Assembly (NCBI RefSeq): GCF_006345805.1
Contig: NW_021825890.1
Location: 1-13,651, forward strand
DNA length: 13,651 nucleotides
From: Octopus sinensis
Taxonomy: Eukaryota
Reading direction: 5' to 3'
Part shown: positions 1 through 6,102 of the stretch, one piece after another
Layout of the letters: each line of letters starts with the position of its first letter
Numbering within the stretch: position 1 is the stretch's first letter
Notes under the pieces: generated by a model
What the model saw: the letters and a program-made list of their open reading frames with translations, nothing else
Databases searched by the model: none
Told to the model about the DNA's origin: nothing
Position numbers and translations under genes: made by a program

Positions 1-40
1 TGCTGACCTCTGCAATTAACCTCTGTGTTTAACTGCAGTA

Positions 41-140
41 AATTAATCGACTCCAAAATTTAAGGTTAACGAATACTAAAATTGACTTCGATGGGAATTG
101 AACTTAAGACAGGAAAGGTACTTCAAAGTATTTTGTTCGA
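41..140 (-). mobile_element. Highly decayed family-A SINE fragment
   Basis: aattaatcgac...aattgacttcg...ggaattgaactta...ttttgttcga aligns loosely with the well-preserved family-A copy at 5849-6080 (atcgacccc...gtcgacctc...gaatttcaactcag). Confidence 0.4.
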
Positions 141-143
141 AGG

Positions 144-251
144 GGATTAGTCGATACCAGTGACCCCAGTATTTGCACCTAGTACATTAATCGACCCTAG
201 AGGGATGTAAAAGAATGTTAATCTCAGCGAAATTTGAACTCAGTACGTAAA
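144..251 (-). mobile_element. Decayed family-A SINE fragment
   Basis: ggattagtcgat...gaccccagt...taatcgaccctagagggatg...aatttgaactcagtacgtaa is colinear with 5909-6015. Confidence 0.6.
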
Positions 252-269
252 CACCTGAAACGTTCTGAT

Positions 270-571
270 GGCACGTGGCTTAATGGTTAGGGTATTTGAT
301 TCACGATCAAAAAGTCGTGAGCTCGATTTCCAGCGGCGCTTTGTGTTCTTGATCAAGACGTTTTATTTCACGTTGACCCAGTCCACTCAGCTGCCAAAAA
401 ATGAGTAGTACCTGTATCTAAAGGGCCAGCCTTCTCATATTCTGTGTTACGCTGAATCTCCCGCAGAACTACGCGTGTCTGCAGAGTGCTCAACCTCTTG
501 CACGTTAATTTCCACGAGCAGGTTGTTCTGTTGCTCGTATCGCCTGGAACACTCATCGCCGTAACCGACGG
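270..571 (+). mobile_element. tRNA-derived CORE-type SINE (family B, tail type 1)
   Basis: A-box TGGCTTAATGG at 276-286; degenerate B-box gagctcgatttcc at 319-331; CORE/MIR-like block ttgtgttcttgatcaagacgttttatttcacgttgacccagtccactcagctg...agtacct; ends in a small hairpin ccgt-aaccg-acgg. Head and core are homologous to the copies at 3503-3800 and 3929-4260. Confidence 0.8.
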
Positions 572-583
572 TTTGTTGATATC

Positions 584-764
584 ATTAATCCCAGTATTTT
601 ACCCTAGTAGATTAATCAATCCCAATATTTAACTTTCAGGCTCTGGGGGTGGAGTGAAGAACAATGTTAACCCTAGATGGATTTGAACTCAGAACGAAAG
701 GAGCTGGAAGAAATAATGCCACAAGTCATTTTGTCCGACGCTCTAACGATTTTGCTAATCCCCC
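584..764 (-). mobile_element. Decayed family-A SINE
   Basis: Contains gatttgaactcagaacgaaag (B-box on the minus strand) and ttttgtccgacgctctaacgattttgcta, matching the family-A head. Confidence 0.65.
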
Positions 765-864
765 ATTTCTTCGGTTATCTTAATAATTATTTCTAGTTTA
801 GACACGATGCCAGCAGTTTTATTTTAGCGGGTGATAGTGAACACCTGCAATATTTGTCCCAAAT

Positions 865-935
865 ATATGATTTAACCATTCGACCTTGGAGAGATGGAAG
901 GTAAAGTTGACTTCAGCAGGATTTGAACTCAGATT
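865..935 (-). mobile_element. Decayed family-A SINE fragment
   Basis: ttcgacctt...gatggaaggtaaagttgacttcagcaggatttgaactcaga matches the family-A body at 5555-5610. Confidence 0.55.
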
Positions 936-960
936 GAAAAGAAATTGTTTCCAAAATAAG

Positions 961-1091
961 CACAAGGCTTGAATTTTGAGGAACAGAGATTAACCGTTTA
1001 AATTAATCCCAGGCTTGTACTTTTTTTTATAGAGCCCTCGGATGGATGAAAGATGAAGTTAAACAAGTACCGCAAAGCATTTTGTTCGACA
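961..1091 (-). mobile_element. Decayed, internally deleted family-A SINE
   Basis: cacaaggcttgaattttgagg resembles the tail cacaaggcccgaaattttgggg at 5482-5503; followed by ttgtactt...ggatgaaag...gcattttgttcgac. Confidence 0.45.
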
Positions 1092-1113
1092 TCGTACCCA
1101 AGATCTGATCCTC

Positions 1114-1254
1114 ATACATTAAGTGACCCTTGTACTTAATTTATCAACCCTGGCGGAATGAAAAATAGTGTTGACTTCAGCGGGATTTGAACTCAGAACG
1201 TAAATGCAGCAAGGTATTTTGTCCGACTTTCTAACGATTCTGCTAATCTACCCC
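1114..1254 (-). mobile_element. Decayed family-A SINE
   Basis: ttgtacttaatttatcaaccc...gttgacttcagcgggatttgaactcagaacgtaaa...ttttgtccgactttctaacgattctgcta is colinear with family A. Confidence 0.7.
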
Positions 1255-1261
1255 TTTGAAT

Positions 1262-1315
1262 AACTTATTTTTTTATCGACCCCCGAAAGGATATAAAGCA
1301 AATATTACCTTGGCG
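1262..1315 (-). mobile_element. Truncated family-A SINE body
   Basis: tttatcgacccccgaaaggatataaagcaaatattaccttggcg versus intact tttatcgaccccgaaaggatgaaaagcaaagtcgacctcggcg; interrupted by a family-B head. Confidence 0.65.
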
Positions 1316-1419
1316 CGTGGACAACTGGTTAGGAGTTGTACGCACGATCGCTAGATCGTTGGTTCGATTCCCGGACCGAGCAACGGTGTGTTGTGTTCTT
1401 CATTTCACGCTGCTCTGCA
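1312..1419 (+). mobile_element. Family-B SINE head plus partially deleted CORE
   Basis: ggcgcgtgg...tggttagg...cacgatcg...ggttcgattcccggaccg (good B-box)...gttgtgttct...tttcacgctgctc. Confidence 0.7.
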
Positions 1420-1500
1420 GGTGGGAGAATCGCAGGAGCGTCGGTAGAAGTGCTTTACGATATATTTTTTGGCTCTTTACATTGAGTTCAAATTTCACCT
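1420..1500 (+). mobile_element. Family-A SINE head fragment, plus strand
   Basis: gggagaatcgcaggagcgtcggtagaagtgcttt...ggctctttacattgagttcaaatttcacc is the reverse complement of the family-A head seen in the minus-strand copies. Confidence 0.55.
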
Positions 1501-1675
1501 GCCCAGAGAGCTGAAGTTCCAGTAATCTAAGAACAGTAGGGGAGGGTCCGGACCCTCCCAGATTGTTGAAGAAAATTCACATGCCTAGAGAGCTGAAGTT
1601 CCAGTAATCTAAGAGCAGTAGGGGAGGATCCGGGCCCTCCCGGACTGCTGAAGAAGGTTCATATGCACAAGAGCT
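1501..1675. repeat. 82-bp tandem repeat (2 copies plus a short partial) with an internal 20-bp palindrome
   Basis: Units 1501-1582 and 1583-1664 differ at 10 of 82 positions; a third unit starts at 1665 (gcacaagagct). Unit 1 has the perfect palindrome gggagggtccggaccctccc at 1540-1559. Confidence 0.95.
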
Positions 1676-1699
1676 ACTCAAGTGCCAACAACCACTAGA

Positions 1700-2154
1700 C
1701 CTCGGCAGGATTTGATAATCATGACACATCCTTTAGAGGCAGAGATAATTCATGCTACATCGTATTTGACGTGCTGCTACCTGTCTAAGCTGTTCATATA
1801 CATGCCATTGGCCACCCTGAGTAGTTTCTCCAAGCTTATCTTTGTTTAATTTATACAAATAATCTAGGACATAAATGTGTTCTATTCTTCTGGTATAAGT
1901 TTATGTCATTTCGCTGCTAGATATAGGTTAGCACAATTGTCGAGCTGATGACGGGCATTGAGGCAGTCAACTTCTGCGAAATTTTGATTCTTGAGATTAT
2001 CTCCCTTTCTTATATGGATTGTCTTATTAAGCAATTGTAACACATCCCCAACATGCAGAGGTAATTTTGATAAATCAATATTTTTATATTGTATGATTTT
2101 TAATATACTGTATTTGTCAATGTTGTTTATAGACATGCCTCTGGCTACTTTGAA
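1700..2154 (-). pseudogene. Unidentified decayed coding-like relic with a diverged internal duplication
   Basis: Stop-free frame 2154-1909 (FKVARGMSINNIDK...LPLHVGDVLQLL...TIHIRKGD...LYLAAK), then in-frame stops; a second in-frame motif RVANGMYMNSLDR lies 111 codons downstream. No family recognised. Confidence 0.35.
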
Positions 2155-2231
2155 CTACTTCCCTTAATTCATTATTTTGGGGTTGTGGTGGCAGTAATGG
2201 TGGTGATAGGGTGGTTATAATTCATTTAATA

Positions 2232-2559
2232 CAGTGGTTCTCAACTGGGGGTCCATAAAAGATCTTTGAGGTCCACGCAACAAAATAGTAAATCGGAGAT
2301 TCACAAACGAACTTCAAGAGGCCCAGAAAAATGTTGCTTTTAGATATATGTATCAGTATGTGTTGTAAGAAACGGGTTTCTTTCTCTAACATTTTACATA
2401 GTTCAAACCTACACAAGTTAATATGGAAATAACAAAATAGGAATTTTTTAAAGAGGTTTCTATAAAACTAGTTTTTAATCATCAAATGGTTATAGGGTTC
2501 CACCGAAATGAAATAGTAATCAAAGGGGTCCACAGATGAGAAATGGCAGAGAACTCCTG
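2232..2559. mobile_element. hAT (Charlie-like) non-autonomous element / MITE
   Basis: Left end CAGTGGTTCTCAAC; right end gcagagaactcctg matches its reverse complement at 10/14; subterminal ggggtcca near both ends; 8-bp flanks atttaata (2224-2231) and atctagtg (2560-2567) match 5/8, all differences being transitions, compatible with the Charlie-type nTCTAGAn target. Confidence 0.8.
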
Positions 2560-2581
2560 ATCTAGTGCAACACCCTAACCA

Positions 2582-2810
2582 GGTTAGGATGCTGCACTCG
2601 TGATCACAAGATCGTGCTTTCGGATGCTGAACCAAATGCTTATTTCCCGTTTTTCCAGTTTACTTAGTTGTAAATGAATAACCCTCAAACGGACTGGCGG
2701 CCCGTTCATGCATGAGGAATGCATTGATCTTTTGGTCACTTATAAACCATGGGAATCGAGTAGCCGGCCCTTTGACTCCTAGAACTCGACACAGTAATGA
2801 CCGGGTCTAG
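2582..2810 (+). mobile_element. Decayed family-B CORE SINE with a third tail type; 5' end replaced by a fold-back
   Basis: ggttaggatgctgcactcgtgatcacaagatcgtg (head), ttatttcccgtttttccagtttacttagttgtaaatgaataaccc (CORE), then a different tail ggactggcggcccgttc...ccggccctttgactc. Confidence 0.6.
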
Positions 2811-2811
2811 T

Positions 2812-2898
2812 AGATGATGATGATGATGGTGATGGTGGTGGTGGTGGTGGTGGTGGTGATGGTGGTGGTTGTGGTGGTGGTGGTGGTGGTGGTGGTGG
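2812..2898. repeat. (GAT)n/(GGT)n trinucleotide microsatellite
   Basis: Direct reading; source of the poly-M/V and poly-W pseudo-ORFs. Confidence 0.95.
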
Positions 2899-3114
2899 GG
2901 AGGGAGGATAGCAATGTATTCATTTATCTACCTGCTTTCTATCTACGCATTCTCTTTGATCTATCGGAATTTTTTCTCAATCAATTACTCTCTTTCATAC
3001 CTTGCATTTTTCTTTATTCTTTCTTTATTGATCGATCTATCTTTCTTTCAAGACATCTATTTACCTAGATATATGAGCATATATATACATATATGTATAA
3101 GTATAAATATATAT

Positions 3115-3286
3115 AGATCGCTAGCCACTACACATACTTTATTTTCTCTCCTTTCTGTGTTCATTTCTTTAGAAGAGCGTAGGCTCGAAACGTTAAACAC
3201 TTTTTCACTTCCCGAGCGTTAAACTAATGCCTTTGTTTGTTGTCTACACCACCTGTCTTCGTCTTTTCTTTTTTTGTGAATTCTCC
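3115..3286 (+). mobile_element. Probable retroelement 3'-end fragment with a Penelope-like tail motif
   Basis: agaagagcgtaggctcgaaacgtt (3171-3194) has the GAAGA-short hairpin-CGAAACGT layout typical of Penelope pLTR hammerhead-like motifs; T-rich downstream region; bounded by (TA)n. Family assignment is recall and inference. Confidence 0.45.
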
Positions 3287-3485
3287 TATATAAATATAAA
3301 TTAAAATAGGATAGCAGAATTTTAGAAATTTAAATGTGGCTTTGGAGGTTTCGACTGCTCCTTCTATCACGTAAGAGGCGACCCTTAACAGGTAGCCTTA
3401 CGTGATAGAAGGAGCAGTCGAAACGTCCAAAGCCACATTTAAATTTCTAAAATACTGCTATCCTATTTTAATTTATATTTATATA
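3287..3485. repeat. Long inverted repeat: 89-bp arms, 21-nt spacer
   Basis: Left arm 3287-3375 is the reverse complement of right arm 3397-3485 with only two mismatches (A3318/A3454, G3347/G3425). Confidence 0.98.
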
Positions 3486-3502
3486 TATATATTTATATAT
3501 AT

Positions 3503-3800
3503 AAGGGTGATCCCCTCCGGTCATGAATGACCATGGGATTGCACCTAGAAAGTTACCTCCCGGACAAGGTTGTTTATGGAAGACTAGTAGTAGCCGATGC
3601 TCTCTCCACGCAACCGATGTAAAAGGTAAAGGCTGATACACCTTTGCACCAGTGATGTCGCAACACATTTCTACGGCTGAGTGAACTGGAGCAACGTGAA
3701 ATAAAGTTTCTTGCTCAAGAACACAACACGCAGCCCGGTCCGGGAATCGAACTCACAACCTCACGATCGACGCTCTAACCATTGAGCCATGCGCCTTCAC
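3503..3800 (-). mobile_element. tRNA-derived CORE SINE (family B, tail type 2), near full length
   Basis: Minus strand: ggcgcatggctcaatggttagagcg (A-box), gagttcgattcccgg (B-box), gtgttgtgttcttgagcaagaaactttatttcacgttgctccagttcactcagc (CORE); tail ends ggtcattcatgacc...; embedded in (TA)n. Confidence 0.9.
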
Positions 3801-3892
3801 ATAAACAAATACACACATATATATATATGCATATATATATACACACATACATGCATATATATACATTATGTACACATACGTGTATATACACA

Positions 3893-3928
<36 letters not shown>
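3801..3928. repeat. Compound (TA)n/(CA)n microsatellite
   Basis: Direct reading. Confidence 0.9.
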
Positions 3929-3932
<4 letters not shown>

Positions 3933-4260
3933 GTAAAGACCCCCTTCGGTCATGAATGACCATGGGATTGCACCTAGAAAGTTACCCTCCTAGACACAAG
4001 TCTGGGCAAGGTTGTTTTTATGGAAGGCCAGCAGTCGCCCATGCATACAAGCCTCCCCTCTCCATGCCACCAGTGTTATCCAAGGAAAACAAAGGTCGAT
4101 ACAGCTTGGCACCAGTGACGTCGCAACTCATTTCTACAGCTGAGTGAACTGGAGCAGCGTGAAATAAAGTGCCTTGCTCGAGAACAAACACGCAGCCCGG
4201 TCCGGGATTCGAGCTCACAACCTCACGATCGTAAGCTCGACGCTCTAACCACTGAGCCAT
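3929..4260 (-). mobile_element. tRNA-derived CORE SINE (family B, tail type 2)
   Basis: Minus strand: atggctcagtggttagagcgtcgagcttacgatcgtgaggttgtgagctcgaatcccgg; colinear with 3503-3800; ACG at the anticodon-equivalent position fits a tRNA-Arg origin. Confidence 0.92.
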
Positions 4261-4279
4261 TATATAATATATATATATC

Positions 4280-4314
<35 letters not shown>

Positions 4315-4344
4315 TATATATAATATATATATATATATAGTATA

Positions 4345-4388
<44 letters not shown>

Positions 4389-4410
4389 TATATATGTGTG
4401 TGTGTGTGTC
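4261..4410. repeat. (TA)n followed by (TG)n
   Basis: Direct reading. Confidence 0.95.
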
Positions 4411-4517
4411 TTTCTTCAGCGTATTACTCATCATTTCTTTCGCTGTCTCATCCTCTCAAACTTTCTTCTCCCTCTTCCACTCCATCTTACACTTTCTCCT
4501 CTATTCTCTCGCCCACG

Positions 4518-4625
4518 TGTATATACATACATACATACATACACACACACACGCAGACACACCACACCCACCACACACACACACACCACTATATATATAT
4601 ATATATATATATAAGTATACACACA
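4518..4625. repeat. (TACA)n/(CA)n/(TA)n compound microsatellite
   Basis: Direct reading. Confidence 0.9.
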
Positions 4626-4731
4626 CAACTGAGCTCTATTAATCATGCGAGCCAAAAGTGAATGTAATATCTGCAGGATGCTGGGAAAAATAGCGAGATA
4701 CTCAACAGGCAAAACGTTTATTAGTAATATT

Positions 4732-4820
4732 TTTGTTATTGTTGTTGTTGTTGTTATTGTTGTTATTGTCGTTGATGATGATGATGCTGCTGTTATTATT
4801 GCCGTTACTGCTGCTCTTAC
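4732..4820. repeat. (TTG)/(GAT)/(GCT) degenerate trinucleotide repeat
   Basis: Direct reading. Confidence 0.9.
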
Positions 4821-4870
4821 TATTAGCTATGGCCTCGTGCCAACATTACAAATCTTTATAATTATTGCAT

Positions 4871-5093
4871 AAGTCATGGCTGGGAGAATTGTTTGAGCAA
4901 TAGGGTAAATATTTTGTGGCAATTAAGTTTCGTTCCATTGCGTTTTTGAGTTCGAATCCCACCGTTCACGATCGACTTCGATTTTCATCTCCCGTGAATC
5001 AATAAAATAAAGATCTTGCGCAATCATGAGGTCGATACAATACACTGTTCCTCCTCCTCCTTCTTCCCCCCCAATAATTCTTGGCCTTGCTCC
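4871..5093 (+). mobile_element. Old decayed family-A SINE, plus strand
   Basis: ggctgggagaattgtttgagc (head), tgagttcgaatccc (B-box), atcgacttcgattttcatc, aggtcgatacaat, and tail cccccaataattcttggccttg matching the reverse complement of the 5482-5503 tail. Confidence 0.55.
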
Positions 5094-5116
5094 GACTAAT
5101 CATTATCAACATTGCT

Positions 5117-5300
5117 AAGGTGGTGGATCTATGTATCTGTGAAGTGAACGATAAAATGCACGGGTTTTAAATACGCCGCCTTTGGATCCTGCGTTCAAAT
5201 CCCATCAAGGCTGATTTTCTTTTTGTTCATCTGAGGTTGATGAAATAAGATACCAGATTACCTTCTTCCAACGATGTGTAATCTTTACCTGTGCTACAAG
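5117..5300 (+). mobile_element. Very old family-A-like SINE remnant
   Basis: aaggtggtgg...ataaaatgc...gcgttcaaatccc...ctgaggttgatgaaataagataccag colinear with family A at low identity. Confidence 0.4.
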
Positions 5301-5460
5301 TAATCGGTTGAGCACCGGACAAAATATTTTGCGATGTCTAATTATAACCCTTTCCGCTCCGAGTCCTTGTCAAGAAATTTGTAGGTAATATATATACTGA
5401 TGTAGCAATCCGTGAGATAGCCCTTCGCTCTTTTCTCCGACGTTAAATATATGCAAGAGT

Positions 5461-5651
5461 TCGTATTTTTTCTCCTCTAGGCACAAGGCCCGAAATTTTG
5501 GGGAAGGGGGCCAGCCGATTAGATCGACCCCAGTACGCAACTTGTACTTAATTTATCGACCCCGAAAGGATGAAAAGCAAAGTCGACCTCGGCGGAATTT
5601 GAACTCAGAACGTAAAGACAGACGAAATACCGCTAAACATTTCGCACGGCA
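5461..5651 (-). mobile_element. Family-A SINE, 5'-truncated, alternative tail
   Basis: Body nearly identical to 5930-6050; tail tctcctctaggcacaaggcccgaaattttggggaagggggccag differs from that of the two adjacent copies. Confidence 0.9.
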
Positions 5652-5660
5652 TGCAAGCGT

Positions 5661-5848
5661 TTCTTATTTCTTTATTGCCCACAAGAGGCTAAACATCGAG
5701 AGGACAAACAAGGACAGACAAAGGGATTAAGTCGATTAAACTGACCCCAATGTGTTACTGGTACTTAATTTATCGACCCCGAAAGGATGAAAGGCAAAGT
5801 CGACCTTGACAGAATTTGAACGCAGAACGTAATGACAAACGAAATACC
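5661..5848 (-). mobile_element. Family-A SINE, headless unit of a dimer
   Basis: Tail ttatttctttattgcccacaagaggctaaac...; body ends at gaaatacc (5841-5848), where the next unit's tail begins. Confidence 0.9.
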
Positions 5849-6080
5849 TATTTCTTTACTACCCACAAGGGGCTAAACACAGAGAGGACAAACAAAGACA
5901 GACACACGGATTAAGTCGATTATATCGACCACAGTGCGTAACTGGTACTTATTTAATCGACCCCGAAAGGATGGAAGGCAAAATCGACCTCGGCGGAATT
6001 TCAACTCAGAACGTAGCGGCAGATGAAATACCGCTAAGCATTTCGCCCGGCGTGCTAACGTTTCTGCCAGTTCGCCGCCT
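5849..6080 (-). mobile_element. Family-A SINE, full length
   Basis: Minus strand: aggcggcgaactggcagaaacgttagcacgccgggcgaaatgcttagcgg...gagttgaaattcc (A- and B-box-like), body with the GTCGAT-nnn-ATCGAC hairpin at 5915-5929, tail ending aaagaaata. Confidence 0.92.
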
Positions 6081-6102
6081 TGCAAGCGTACGTATTAATA
6101 AA

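Noticed and set aside
368-556. ORFs overlapping SINEs (368-556, 3468-3668, 3956-4147, 4018-4260, 5542-5730, 5873-6085, 10114-10371)
   Set aside because: They lie within non-coding SINE bodies and are not conserved in frame between homologous copies.
1501-1675. CRISPR-like repeat array
   Set aside because: The units are contiguous duplicates with no unique spacers, there are only two full copies, the context is eukaryotic, and no cas genes are present.
1735-1900. 55-codon stop-free minus-strand frame (TYTRRIEH...NYLCL) as a frameshifted continuation of ORF 1906-2136
   Set aside because: The duplicated motif aligns conservatively in a different frame, so this open frame is probably incidental.
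1870-1920. HMG-box resemblance of AAK*HKLIPEE*NTF (W..L..EEK..F)
   Set aside because: It needs two repaired stops, and the upstream helices and spacing do not fit.
2836-2905. G-quadruplex potential of (GGT)n
   Set aside because: Only two-G runs, a generic property of this microsatellite, with no locus-specific evidence.
4185-4260. tRNA-Arg-like genes at the SINE heads (also 270-335, 3725-3800, 6000-6080, 7491-7560)
   Set aside because: A/B boxes are present but there is no complete cloverleaf or acceptor stem, and each runs into a SINE body.
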